NCBI GenBank assembly: GCA_951406725.2
Contig: OX597828.1
Span: 66,216,001 to 66,280,000, forward strand
DNA length: 64,000 bases
Direction: 5' to 3'
From: Octopus vulgaris
Taxonomy: Eukaryota
Shown here: piece after piece, positions 26,969 through 40,891 of the stretch
How positions within the stretch are numbered: position 1 is the first letter of the stretch
How the letters are laid out: each line of letters opens with the position of its first letter
Notes under the pieces: generated by a model
What the model was told of the DNA's origin: nothing
Database searches by the model: none
The model's input: only the letters and a program-made list of their open reading frames with translations
Translations under genes and position numbers: made by a program

Positions 26969-29632
26969 GTTTTCGTTCCAGCACACGATCTCAGATCAAG
27001 TCACTCGCTATGCAAGTACATCTCCGTAAACTAATATAATCACCATTAAAATGCTCAGAACATTTGCATATGAAACCAAACAAAATCTTCTAACAATGTT
27101 TACCAACCCACACCCTACAAATATAATTTCCTCCTATCCTCTTCTATCTTTTTTCCTATACATCTCCTTCCCAGCTTAATTACCATTTCAGATAGCTTCA
27201 CCTACCCCAGAAAAACAACTTGCCAAAGGAATCCAAATGTAACACAGTCTGATGAAGGCTACCAGTCCAAAACTTTGAGTTGGCAGCCCACCAATGCACG
27301 ATGTGCAAAGGTTGCTACATCAGATGTAAATCCTAATAGACAAAAATAAGCCAATTCTCCCTTATCTCCAGCCCCGTGTGCTACAGCTAACTGAAAAATA
27401 TCTAGTTAATCCCAAACAATAATTTCTTTAGATTTGTATGTTTTAAACATTAGAGCTTATTATTACTCTCCTCCTTCTTTCTGTCATTGGAATGTGTCCA
27501 TACTTAAACACCACCTTGAAGCATTTAAGTCGATCAAAGCAACCCTAGTACTTATTTATTTTAAGTCTGGCACTAACTTATTTTACTTTTTTTTCTGAAT
27601 CTCTAAGATACAAATTCGGACAAATCAACACGTTATCGAACGATGAAAGATAAACAAAAACATGTAAACACGATGGCTTTTCACTGTTTCTGTTTACCAA
27701 ATCTACACACAAGGCACTTATCGGTCCATGGCTTAAAGCAGAAGACACTTTGCCCAAGATACCATGCAGTAGGACATTTTCTTTATCACCCCCACCAGAT
27801 CTCTGTAAAACAATTTCAGGACGAAACTCTACCATTGAATTTGGGAAAATTTATTTTTGTATAGCTGTTATCTTGATGTATGAAAACAAAAATACGGGGC
27901 GCAAAAAAAAAGGGTCAAAACCGGTAATTATGCAAAAAGTGAAAATTTGATTATTTTTCAGAATCACAATTTCAGATGTTTAAAATCTGAAAAGTCAAAA
28001 AAGTGAGGTGAAGATGGGGCTTTCTTCCAGAATCGAAATCTTTAATCATTACACAAAAATTACAGCTTTTTTTTTTAGGTGTGAGGCGGGGGTAGATAAT
28101 TTCCGACTCTATTCCATAGGATTACCAACTATGTGAAATGGGTTTAATGAGATAAAATGTTCACGAAATGGATTGTTGTCAATACTCAACCAACAACTAG
28201 GTTTATGTGTATAATTTTCGAATTGTCTAATAGTAGAATTCGTTATTTATAACTTTCAGTCTTTCTTATAAATTGTTAAGAAGTTATTTCAATAATCTGC
28301 TTTCATCTTCCTTCCTAAAATGTTTGAGAAGGAAAGAGTGGGGTTAAAGTGACTTCTATAGCAGAAAAAAATTAATAATGGTTTCCGGTTTCAGTAGAAG
28401 GCCAGTCAAGAACGGGGATCCATAGTATTAATCAATCGACTGGTACTTTACTTTGTCAAGCCTTAAGGGATGTAAAGTTGACCTCGGAGGTCTTTGAGAA
28501 AAAGAATAAGAAGAATTGTAAAAAGCAAAATTACGTTAGATATGAAATAAAAAGCGAATTAGTCGTATAAGATGCCAAGCCGGGACTATTGACTAATGAA
28601 GCTTTTTAGAAATTTAGAGAGTGTTTGAAGTAAAATATGAGTGATCACATTTTCTTGTTTTCTTTTGAAGGACAACAGAAAGTGCTGACTTATCAGACTT
28701 ATCACTAAGGTTACTTTCTTTGATCTTGCGAGGAGAAATTGTTTCGTTAATTTTGATTAGTACACCCGAAGATACCTCTTTGTATTAAACTATTTTTACT
28801 TTGATAATACAGGATATTTGAATAGAATCGAGACTGAAGAAAATTCCACGATAGATTTATTTGTAATTTTAGACTTTAATTCACAGACGATGCTAAGACC
28901 TTCAGCTGTCTCCTCCATATGTTTTAATATATGATAAAATGTCCCGAGTCCCATATCTTAATACTATACCTTCTTTTACTAGCTCGTAATAGTTTCGAGT
29001 CTTAATAGAAGGGAAAGGTTGCTTTCAACCGTTGGTTCCAAACTAATGTTCAAAAACATTATTTTAGTGTATGGTTTTGTACGAAGCATCGTTTGAGATG
29101 AAGATCTTCGCATTAACTTCGACATAGTTCTGTACATTATTTCCAGCTTTAACTGTTGCAGATCTAGATAATAACCAAAATATCTAAGATGCTTCTCAGT
29201 ACGTTGCTTGACATGTTCAGTAATATATCAGTGAGATTACATGGTGTGAAAACGGATTAACATGTAAATTCTTATTTAATCACCAGCTGCATTACAGGTG
29301 CCCCTCTTTGAAAAGTCAATCAAAACGTAATAGAAAAAAGTAAGAAGTATTTAGTTCCTCTCTTCAATAGACTTGAAGAATTACGCAGAAGTTGAAATAT
29401 CTCAAATATCAATTTAGAGTAAAAGATCTGGAGAAATATACAATTAACGTATTTAATGTTAAGCTGGCAAACCCATGGAAGGTTCTTGAGATAAAGTTGA
29501 GATCAGGGTAAACAAAATCATTAACCGACGAAGTTCAAAACAAACCAATGTAGATATACTAATTAACCTTATATAGTTGCAATGAAAAAGTTCACAATAT
29601 ACTGTTCAAAGGATAGAAACTATGCAACTGAC

Positions 29633-29720
29633 CTGTAAAGGATTTTACGAGAAATAACATTAAAGCATGGTCCCTCGTATATTCATACATACATTATCCA
29701 TGTGAGACAACCATTATCTC
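29633..29720 (-). other. MRPL24: Probable non-coding first exon of MRPL24
   Basis: Donor CAG|GTCAGT at 29632 beside a CpG-retaining region; the coding exon has a 5' acceptor, so an upstream exon is required; 5' boundary is a guess. Confidence 0.45.
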
Positions 29721-30184
29721 CAATACAAACTACAGTCAGTTGCTACAAATCAGAGATTGGCGACACAAATGAAACGAAATATAGACGAACTCTGTATGAT
29801 TATACACTAACTTGTGTCACCGCGATTTCGCTTTTGCCTCGCCAATTTACCTCTAGAATCGTTGTTAGATTTGTCAATGAAGCTTTTCTTGTCACTATGT
29901 TTTCGTTGGCATTTTACTTCAGAACAGACTTTTTTGTTGTTGATTGAGTATGAATTTGGTTTGTTCTCGTTATCTTATGTAAAGTTAAAATTTTGAGGTA
30001 AAATTAAAAGGCGAAATTAGAATGACGAAATGTACATATTTTTCAGTAACTGCGCTCACACACACACAAATTACACAAATCTGTAATTTTACCCAATTTA
30101 CTTATACGCAGGTAGAGTTTTTAATATGCTGTTATGTAGACATGTATATATATATATATACACACACATATATGTATGTATATG

Positions 30185-30218
<34 letters not shown>

Positions 30219-30545
30219 TATATATATATATCAGGACGGCCTGCTGTGCTTACCTTGGATCGTAAGGCGACCTGCTGTGCTTGAGGAGACCTATTGAGTC
30301 AAGTACATCAATGTCAAAATAAAAATCAAATGGAAATTGTAGTTGTGATACCCATGCCGGTGGCACGTAAAAGCACCCACTACACTCATGGAGTGGTTAG
30401 CATTAGGAAGGGCATCCAGCTATAGAAACACTGCCAGATCAGACAGGAGCCTGGTGCAGCTTCTTGGCTTCCCAGAACCGTCCAACCCATGCTAGCATGG
30501 AAAACAGACATTAAGCGATGATGATGATGATATATATATATATGA

Positions 30546-30879
30546 AGGCGCATGGCTCAGTGGTTAGAGCGTCGAGCTTACGATCGTGAGGTTGTGAGCT
30601 CGAATCCCGGACCGGGCTGCGTGTTGTGTTCTTGAGCAAGACACTTTATTTCACGTTGCTCCAGTTCACTCAGCTGTAGAAATGAGTTGCGACGTCACAG
30701 GTGCCAAGCTGTATCGACCTTTGTCTTTCCCTTGGATAACACTGGTGGCATGGAGAGGGGAGGCCGGTATGCATGGGCGACTACTGGTCTTCCATAAAAC
30801 AACCTTGCCCAGACTTGTGCCTCAGAGGGTAACTCTCTAGGTGCAAACCCATGGTCACTCATGACCGAAGGGGGTCTTT
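30546..30879 (+). mobile_element. Apparently young tRNA-derived SINE (distinct family) inserted in (TA)n
   Basis: A box TGGCTCAGTGG, B-box-like GCTCGAATCC, then ttgtgttcttgagcaagacacttta central domain; CpGs intact; tatatatatga on both sides. Confidence 0.85.
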
Positions 30880-31011
30880 TATATATATATATGAACTACA
30901 ATGTAGTTGACAGCCATTCAACAACGTGTGTTTGTGTGTGTGTATTGTATATATTGTATCCAAGCATGTGTGTGTACATATTGTATATTGTGTTCTTAAA
31001 CTGTATATATA

Positions 31012-31325
31012 TTGTATGGCAGCTTAGCTTCGAAGCCCGGTGGAACTGCTACCACTGACGGGCGAAGGCAGGTATCAAAACCAGTTGCTTCGTGCAGGTG
31101 GGGCTCATCAACCCGGGAGGGCAGCCCACCTGGGGGAAGGGAAACCTTGATTTCAAACCTCTGCTGTCTTGCGGGATATCTGATCACAGGAATGGCTTCA
31201 GGAGTAAACTTTGAAGAAAAATCAGGAGTCGGAGCCCCTAAGGCAGTTCAATGTTGACTTCAACTTCATCCTAGCAGCTCCTGTGACCACATTGGCACCA
31301 AACTGTAGCAGCTTGCTGTTCCTTT
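31012..31325 (+). mobile_element. GC-rich LINE 5'UTR-like fragment (RTE-type)
   Basis: GC-rich island with caggtggggct...agcccacctg stem and gggaagggaaac..gatttcaaacc motif. Confidence 0.45.
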
Positions 31326-31329
31326 CTGC

Positions 31330-32758
31330 ATACGTCTCATACTTTACTGTTAGTGGGGGACTGGAATGACATCTTAGATGCATGCTGGGATTGTGTGGGA
31401 GTAGCTGATAGAAGCAGGGAGTGCAAAAGCCTCAAGCACCTAATCAGCCAGTTCTTGTCTGACAGGTACTGATAAGATTTCCCCAATGCATCGGTGTGGA
31501 CCTGGACCAACTGCATATATAGACAGGATTTTCACTAGGAAAATAGACAGTAATAGTGTAGGATGTCCCCTTTTCAAAACGGTTGCTTATTCAGATCACA
31601 AGTTTGTAATCTGTATGGTCGACCTAGATAAAATGCATGGGACCTGGGTACTGGAAGCTGAACATATCATTTCCAGCACGTAAGGCTTACAGGCACTGGA
31701 TCAACAATTTAGTCAAGCAAAAGTTGACAGGGGGATCATCAACAACAGGTGGTTGGCGGCTCTCCAAAGAGAGATTAGAGTAATATCAATAGGGTTTAGC
31801 AAAGGAGGAGGAGCTAGTAGCTAAGTTAGATGAGGCTGTTTGTAGTGGCACTGCAGCCAACATGCTAGCAGTAAGAATGGCATTAGACCATTTCTTCAAT
31901 GCAAAACATGAAGGTTGCATTGTCAGAGCTAAGGCATGTACTCTGAGAAAAAAGAGGACCAAAGCTGTTCAGTGGGCCCATGTAGCTGAGGTGCACCATG
32001 GTAACAAAACCACAGTTGGTTCTTTGATGAACCGAGACACATAAGCTGAGCAGTTCCAGGCAGATGTGTGAGGCCTTTCACCAGCACTTTGCTCAGTTGT
32101 TCAAGGGGAGTTTGCAGGATAGAGATGGTATCAGACTTTAGTCCCTACCTCAATGGCTTGCTGTGCCTCTCAATGGCCAACACTGAGCACTGCAAAAGGC
32201 AGATAACTTCAACTGAAATTCAGAATACCCTTGCTGGTTGCATGAGGTGCAAGTCACCTGGCTTGGATAGTCTACCCTATGAGCTTTATGTGAATATGCC
32301 AGATTTGTTCTCTGATCTTCTCAAAGTGCTCTACTGCAACTGGCAGCAGAACGAGAGTATTCCCAGTTCTGTGAACTGGGGTGTAGTGATGATGATAAGG
32401 AAAGATGAAAATAAGAGGGACACATTAGATAACTTCAGGCCCATAACTCTGCTCAGCACAGAGTTTAAGATTTTGGCCAAGGTCTTAGCAAAAAGGTTGG
32501 CACTTGTTGTCAAGGATTTGGTTGGGGAGGTGCCAACATGCACATTCTTGATCAGGTCCATACACAACAACCTCTACCTCATGTGATACATCATAGAACG
32601 AGTAGGTGTAAACCTGGCTTTGGTGGAACTCTGATCAATTGAAAGCATTTGATAGAGTTAACCATTGGTACCTGGGGGCTGTCCTCAAGGTAACTGGCTT
32701 CAGCCCTATCTTCAAAGGTTGGATTGCTGTAATGGACAATGGCATCTCGGTGATCAAA
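31330..32758 (+). pseudogene. Decayed Tx1/L1-clade LINE ORF2 (endonuclease end plus RT start)
   Basis: YIDRIF...SDHKFV (APE); KSPGLDSLPYELY; NFRPITLLSTEFKILAKVLAKRL; KAFDRV; several stops and frameshifts. Confidence 0.92.
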
Positions 32759-33454
32759 GTTACAAAAATAAAACACCAAAAGCATATCACAAATTAATAA
32801 AATACTATTGGTTTTATTTGCTCCAACAAAAATAAGGTAAAATAAATATTTCAGGAACAGGACTGTATCAATGCTAAATAATAGCACAAGAAAACAATGA
32901 ACAGCTTTGTTACAGTCAAATGCAATAATTGGTCACTTTGATCAATGATCAATCTCTGGACATTGGGTTACTTCTAACATATACTGGCCAATGTATATAT
33001 AACAATGTTTTCAGATATCTTTAACTAAAAAATGAACCACGTGTTTGTCTGTTTCCAATGTTGTTCACAACAAAAAAACAACAACAAAAAAAGCCCTTCA
33101 GGGAAAGATTTGTCTCATTCATTTCCTATTGTAGAAATCAAAACTAAATATTGATCAGTAGCATTGACTGGCTTTGCCCCTTCATAAAATAAGTACCAAA
33201 TATTTAGTAATGGAAAGAATGCAGCTGTCTAAACTCCTCTATTAAATCCTTAGTATTTAAACTTACCAAACCTGTAAGAACAAATTTGCAGAATGAACTG
33301 TTACATTAACAACAGGAAGCTTTCAGCATTATGATATAAGTACATCAACTAATATATAGCTATTGGTATTGTGTATACTACAGTGAAGCATTTTAAAGGT
33401 AACTGATGAATTTCTGAGTAGCCATTTGAGATTCTAACCATCTTATAATACCCA

Positions 33455-33760
33455 TTTCTTTACTGCACACAAGGGGCTACACACAGAGGGGACATACAAA
33501 CAGATTAAGTTGATTACATCAACCCCAGTGCGTAACTGGTACTTATTTAATTGACCCTGAAAGGATGAAAGGCAAAGTCGACCTCGGCAGAATTTGAACT
33601 CAGAATGTAGCGATAGACGAAATACCGCTAAACATTTCGCCAGGGGTGCTAACGTTTCTGCCAGCTCGCCGCCTTAATAATTTGAACTCAGAACGTAGCG
33701 GCAGACGAAATACTGCTAAGCGTTTCGTTCAGTGTGCTAACGGTTCTGCCAGCTCATCGG
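33455..33760 (-). mobile_element. Family K SINE plus a duplicated head
   Basis: Full copy to ~33675, second gaactcagaa...gccagctc segment after it. Confidence 0.85.
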
Positions 33761-36700
33761 TGGGTAACACCTATAAGCTGTGTAAGATGCATGAAGTTAA
33801 AATATATTTGCATAAAAATGGTTAAGAATGACTAAAAGACTAACATTGCTAACATTTGTTCCTTATACATTTGCAGTATAGTAATTTTATCCAGGTTATT
33901 AGATTGATGTATTGTTTTCTTCTGTTAATGTCCTTAGCAAGAAAATATTTCTAATTATTAAGAAGTTTAGGCTATAGAATTCCCTCTACTATATAACTTA
34001 TTTTATCAAGGAATACCAGCTAGTCAGCCTCAACGAGATATGAAGTTAAAACTGAAGAGGCTAATTAAATACTACAAAACAGTGTCCTACAACCACAAGC
34101 ATCTCTATTATTGAAGACACTAGCATTAGTATTTCATTGAATGCAAAATTCTATTAAGACAGCTACCAGTTTAAAATATACCATAAAGATTAACAGCTGG
34201 CATGGTGCAATCTATTATTTAATCATAAAGCCTTTTCACTTAATGCTGCACAAACTGTGGGAGTTTAGTTTGATTTCTATAATAGCAAGTGGATGAAACA
34301 ATAACATATCACATGTGAGTTTCTCAGCTTGGTTTCAATCCTTGAGCTACATAAAATAAAGCATTAATGTTACTAGACTAGAATTCCCTTGTCTTGAGAT
34401 TCAACTAGCAGTGGGATATGGTTTAGAGTTATATCTATATATTCAGTGGGTTTTTTAATAGATTCTGTTGGGATTTTAAAATATTTCTGTAAACTTCATC
34501 TCCAAGTAAACTTGGGAGGAACTTTCTTTTTTAATTCAAAGACAACTAATGGTACTTAAGTACATTGGCACTATGATAAAAGAAAGCAGAAGCATTCTGA
34601 AAATTACAACTGTAAGAGTGACTTTCCTTTCTAGACTATAGGACTAACATTGTTCTACAATATAACATCACATTTTCTTTTGTATGATTAGAGTTCTTAA
34701 AGATTTTTTTAAAAAAGTGTTCTCCTTCAATTGACCTTTATTTTAAAGCAGGGTCCCATATACGGTATACTTAACATTGGTGGTACCTTATATTTAAATG
34801 TTTTTTTCTTCAATGATTTTTCTGAAAAAGAGGGAACATGTAAAGGATCTTTTACAGTATACATGTGAGTGCATGTGTATACATACACAGTACATATATA
34901 TATATATAAAAGAATGTAAAATCTTTTGTTTTCAAAAAGTAAGACAGTTTACAGGATGTTAAGTATACCTGACCAATATATTAGCAAAATAATTAAGTTC
35001 TAGTCTAAATTGTAGGTTAGTCAGGTTGCACAGGCTAAGAGAAATGTAGATTTAAATAAGAAATTTTTAACATGCATTAAGATAGGGTTTATAATATGAA
35101 CAGCACAGACACAGGAGCAAGAGAATACGGGAGTAGTATAGGAAAAATCCAGAAAAATGGATGCTGTTTTGATGTGGGAGATGAGTTAGAGTGGCAACTC
35201 AGTTTGATAGAAGGATTATAAAAGACAGCAGTGATTTTTTTCCTTATGTAAATGATTTAATGAGTTTGTAGACCATTCTAGGTGTGAGTAGTATTTTGAT
35301 AGACAAGTTCCAGGTGTTGTAGGTACTTGGCCTACTTTTTGTTCTGTAAAAAAAAATCAATTTTATTTGATAATCTTTAGGAGCAGTGGGTCTTAGGAAA
35401 AGCTACTATACAATGCCAAACTCACTGACATAGAGACCTAACAAAGATCATGAGAGACTAGTTTCATGGACCTCGCTATAGAAGAAAACATCCATTTTCT
35501 AATAGCAACCTGGATCAATGGTTCATACAAATTAAAATTTTGAGTTTTGAATTGGAGGAAATGTATTGTAATGTGGAATTCTATCTATTTTTGGTTTATA
35601 AAATTGAGGTTATTGGAATACAGTTCTGTGTTGGAACATAAATCAATGACATACAATACGGACTGTACATGTCATGATAAAAATTCAGTCACAGATATAC
35701 AATTTCTTTTGGAATGATCAACAAATTTGCATTATTATACATTTATGCCTAGTGTAGCCACAATTTATAATGTTTCAAGCTAACTGATTTGGGCTGGAAG
35801 CAAATGCATACAATGAATTTTGTGCTTTAAATATAGATTCCTTTTGGATAATATTAACATTACTGTAATGCTTTTTTACAAAGGGTTGGAGAAAAGTTGC
35901 TGGCTTTAAGGGTATAATGAAAGGCCTGGTTGAAGGTCGAACTCCCTGAATTCTTTTTACAGAGCTTAGAAAAACTGAAAGACCACTCCAGTATGTGAAT
36001 ATGTTGAATAAAATCATAATTAACTGATCCACCCTTATTTTACCCAAAGCCAGGAACTTTTCAACACCCTTTTTTATATATCCACTAATTTTCAGAAAAA
36101 AGATATAATTGAAAGAAGTCTTGTCCATGACTGGTACTTTTTTTTTTTTTAAATCAAGCTCAGAGAGTTGAAAGTCAGAACTTAAGCTGGTGAGATTTGA
36201 ACTCAGAATGTAACTAAACACAGCATTTAGATTACAATATTAGCATTCCTCCTACTTGACTACCCACTTTTTCACAAATATGAAAATACAAATAGCTGAG
36301 TGAATTTTTCAAGCACTTCTTTATAATAAAGAATGTGAAATCAATGTATTAAGGAAAGGGTTGGAAAAAAAAAATGGTTTTTGCATGGCCAGCCTCAAGG
36401 CTGAAATATATATAAGAATACTTTACGGTCAATTTGGCTCAATTCCTGAGCTCAGCAATTAGCTTTTGGTCAGAAAGTTGTAGTCTGCTGGGGGAAACTT
36501 GTCTCTCAGCACAATAATTTATTATGCTTGCCTCAGTTCACCAATATGTAAGAAATAAGTACCAGAATACTTGGGAAAGCTACATGTAATATAATAAACT
36601 GAGGACTTATCAAAGGAGAGAGATCCCCCCCCCCTCTTGTCTTTAATGCTACAGAAACAGTTGTTTGTTAATTTTGGTATTTTAGAGACTGTGGGTAGGA

Positions 36701-37679
36701 AGACGAAATTCAATCTTATATTCCTCCAGTACAAAAGCTGGTTTTAACTGTAACGCTAACAAAACCAAAAATTTTTTTTATCTAATTAAAAGAGGAATAA
36801 AGCTCACGATAAAGTCATAAGTTCAACTCTTAAAGAAAAATTTGATAAACAGAATATCTTAATTAATATAATGTTAATTAATAGATGTGGCACATTGATT
36901 CATCGTTACTTCAATTAAAAACACTATTGATTGGAGGCCATTAAAACATTTATTTGTGAATAAATGGCTACAGAAAAATTGGTTGTTTTCTCCTGTTCAA
37001 TATATCCTTTATGAGAAAAGCTGGTTATAAAAAATATAAATTTTAGAGTAATTTAATTATAATAAATAAATATGATGATAAAAATAAAGTGCTAAAATAT
37101 TAATTTTAGCTATGATTATCCAACTATGATTAAGAAAGTTGGATTTAAAATTAAATAACGAACTGGAAAACAATAAAAAAGATTCAAAATTAAACCCTAT
37201 GATAAAAATATTAATTTTAAAACCAAAGACAATGTTTGACATTTCCTTTCTACTCCCAATTATATGACAGATTTATATTTTATGGGTTCAAAATTTTTGT
37301 TATTGTAAGAAATAATAGTATTGTATAGAAAGTTCAGCCATCATAATTCATTAGTCTCAATCAAAAGGCACAAAACATTGAGCAGTTTATATTTCACAGG
37401 AAAGAAAAAGAAACTGAGAAACATGATGATGTACCAGTCAGAAAAAGACTTTTTTTTTAGTGTTAATTGCTATATGTATGCAGTGATTCCTAACATAGGC
37501 ACAAGTCCTCAACTTTGGAGGAGGGTACAGTTGGTTATATCAACTCCAGTACATGACTGGTACTTTATTTTATCAAGAGTAAAAGGCAAAAATGATTTTA
37601 GGGAGATTGGAACTCTAAACATAAAGGGCCATATGGAGGGAAATGGAAAATGGTTCAAACAATTATATATATATATATA

Positions 37680-38446
37680 TAGGGGGGGGGGGCATCAAAA
37701 ACTTTTGCCATAACATATCTTTATTAATGTCACACTATTGTTGGTACTATTGTGGTCCCATGATCGAAATTTGAGCCTCTTGGAGTGGTTGGCGTTAGGA
37801 AGGGCATCCAGCTGTAGAAACTCTGCCAGATCAGATTGGAGCCTGGTGCAGCCATCTTGTTTGCCAGCCCTCTGTCAAAATCGTCCAACCCATGCTAGCA
37901 TGGAAAGCGGATGTTAAACGATGATGATGATGATCACGCCATTTTTCTTTCCAGCTTTACAGTGTAAGCATGGCCACTAACAATGTGCACCAATGAAGGA
38001 CAAAGAGCAGTGATCTGATTTCTCTGGTCAAAAGGTGTGCTAAGTGCTGAAATTCATCAGAGGCCTTTAGCACAATACAGGGACAGTATACTACCACATA
38101 GAAGTGTGTATGAGTGGACAGAGAAGTTTAAAAGTGGCTGGACAAGCATGACGTATGAAGAGGGAGCAAGACGCCTGGCGACCTCCACCACTGACGAGAA
38201 GATTCAGCAAGATTGAGAGATGGTAATGCTGAACCGGTTCACCATTACCATCTCTCAGACTACTGCTCTTTGTTGCACATTGCTAGTGAAGGGGCCATGC
38301 TTACACTGTAAAGCAAAAACGAAAATTGATGCAATCAGGCTCAAATTTCCATCACATGACCACAATAACACCAACTATAAGCATGCATGCACAGAAGGTA
38401 GTGTGACAATTATGAAGATAGTGCAGATAATTTTTGACTTCCCTTG
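37680..38446 (+). mobile_element. Deleted mariner relic with a family R insert
   Basis: QRAVI*FLWSKG...SVYEWTEKFKSG HTH region; TIR-like ends gggcatcaaaaa / tttttgacttccc flanked by TA. Confidence 0.8.
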
Positions 38447-38496
38447 TATATATATATATATAAACCTCACTGTGGCAGTTGTTCTCGTTGTTTATA

Positions 38497-38727
38497 TATT
38501 TCTTTACTGCCCACAAGGGGCTAAACATAGAGGGGACAAACAAGGACAGACAAAGGGATTAAGTCAATTACATCGACCCCAGTGCGTAACTGGTACTTAA
38601 TTTATCGACCCTGAAAGGATAAAAGGCAAAGTCGACCTTGGCGGAATTTGAACTCGGAACGTACGACAGATGAAATACTGCTAAGCATTTCGCCCGGTGC
38701 ACAAATGTTTCTGCCAGCTCATCGCCT
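38497..38727 (-). mobile_element. Full-length family K SINE
   Basis: Reverse complement of 63138-63358; ttgtttata on both flanks. Confidence 0.88.
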
Positions 38728-39699
38728 TGTTTATAATATCCAGGACAATTACTAAGGAACTGAAATACTGACAAATAACTTAAAAAGGTGGCTTTGGAAT
38801 AAAAATATCACCTCGTTAGATAATTATATAATTAAATTTCTGAGGTAAGCTATTTCAACAATTTTAATTTTTGATTATTAAGCTCATCTTCCAGTTTTTT
38901 TTTTTTTTTGACAAAGAATGACAGCATTAGAATGAAATGTTTTGTTTTGCATTGAAATCCAGTCTAAGGAAATGTGAATTTGTTTGTTCACTTTACATCT
39001 ATTTTCCCATAATGGGACTAGTTGAATCAACACTTATTTGGAGACAGTACTATATGACCTGATGCTCTTACAGTCACCAACCCTTATCTGTTTTTCAAGA
39101 AATGTTTTCTCCCCTTAAAGTAAACTCTGAAAGGCCAGAGCTACTACAAGCCGTGTAAATGTGGCATTACTGTACTTGCCTAAGGTGGTGCTTATGTGAA
39201 GAAGTGAAACTGGGCAACAGTCACACACATACAACTTCTGTCAACCACTTACAAGGAATTGCTCAGTTTGATGTTAGTGGGAAGAAGTAGCTGGACTGAA
39301 TTCTAGACATGACTGCAAAGCAAATAACTACATAAACAGAGAAAAAAAGAGGGGGGGGGGGCCACAGCTAAGGTAATTAGAGACTGGACTACATAGAACG
39401 TAATATCAAATACAATAATATGGGTTATGAAGTTACTAGTTTGACAAAGTTTAGATTAGGCTAATTTTAGAACAGAACTGAATAATCAATTCTAGAGTGT
39501 TAAGAAGTTAATATCACAGGTTTCATATATTGGAACTGCTTTAATGAATTTTGTGCAAATATCAGAATTTCATGTGTGTGTGTGTTTAAGTAGTAGCTTT
39601 TCTTCAATATTATTGGAAATGTGACTAGATTTCATTAAATTTAGTATGTTTAACCAAGAAAATTTTTTTTAATTTTAGACAAATATAAAGCCTATTCAC

Positions 39700-40230
39700 C
39701 CATCTTCTCCCTCCACTATTCATGGAAGAGCTGTAGTGGTAGGGTCCTCAGACACTTCTTCATAGGGTCCTATCAGTAAGCAACTGTCATTACACTTTCT
39801 GGCTGGATTCCCAAGCATAACCAGCTGAGACTATGGATATTGTCCAACCATCTCATTCTTGGTCTGCCTCGAGATCTCTAGCTAGGGCTTGAAGAAGCTA
39901 TCTGGTGACATTCTAATCCCAAGTCCATAGCACTGCAGTCGTGACCTTTCAATGCAGCTCAACCTGGAGAAACTCTCCGATCTGTGAGTTATGCACACCT
40001 TATCAAGTAATATCAGTCCAGAGACTCTTTAGAGGAACCCTATTTTGGCTGCTTGAATTTATGACTTTACTCTTTTGGTCAGTGCCTAATATTCGTGATC
40101 ATAGGTGAGGATTAGAACAAAAACTGAACTGCTACCAACCTCTCCTTATTTGAAGATTGAATGCTGGAGCTGTGTCAGGACCTGCGATTCTAGAACTTAA
40201 TTCAGCCTCCTACTTTCTGTCACTCATGCT
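39700..40230 (-). mobile_element. Highly decayed RTE LINE 3' fragment
   Basis: Minus strand reads ...GRPRMRW.DN... and other RTE-like C-terminal remnants. Confidence 0.5.
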
Positions 40231-40568
40231 TACCCCTTCTCAGTGTTCAAGTGTAAAGAAATCAAATAATACCGAGAAACATCTACATATTTCAATATAG
40301 GTTCATTGCATTAGGATTAATTCTCAAGAACAGCAGTGTTTTCGGCTAATATCTGAACTTTGGTATTTATAGCAAACAAACCATAAACAAAACCATTTAA
40401 ATATTGAGTAATGACAACTGTGATACTTTAATGAACTATAATGTTTAACGAGAAACCTGCAAACCCTCTTCAATACAAAACTCATCTATAAAACAGATGA
40501 GTAAACTAAACTAAAATAACTGGTCAAGACCTAATATAACAGGCAGTTTGAACTGTATAGAGTTGAGA

Positions 40569-40574
40569 TTTATT
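40569..40574 (-). terminator. Candidate poly(A) signal of TRIP4
   Basis: AATAAA on the minus strand about 250 nt after the stop codon. Confidence 0.4.
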
Positions 40575-40820
40575 TTTATCTCTTGGATTGCCAGAAAAAC
40601 AACAAACAAACAAACAAATATGTAAACAGTGTAACCATTGGAAACCAGACTTGAGATCTATAAATTTAATATAATTAGAATACAAAAATAAAATGTATTT
40701 TTTTTTTATGTAGATCCCCAGTTGTTTTAATTTTTAAGGCTGAATGCAATGTGTATCATTTATGCAGTCAATGTCAGCAGAGATTGTAAGCATAATAGAA
40801 TGACTACTGATGTTGGCAAT

Positions 40821-40891
40821 TCATCCTTCATCATAAACATTTTTGCGGAGTCCTTTTTTGGCACCCTGGTGGATGTGTGGATCGAGTTTAA
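40821..40891 (-). CDS. TRIP4: TRIP4 terminal coding exon 12
   Basis: (F)KLDPHIHQGAKKGLRKNVYDEG*, matches the KLDxxIHQGAKKGL C-terminus of ASC-1. Confidence 0.95.

Noticed and set aside
30546-30620. tRNA-Val(TAC) gene
   Set aside because: Acceptor and anticodon stems pair poorly and the sequence continues into a SINE body
32068-32586. Functional reverse transcriptase gene
   Set aside because: Flanked by stops and frameshifts and truncated before the YADD motif
35775-36221. 148-aa ORF
   Set aside because: Spans SINE and mariner-end fragments; no protein-like features
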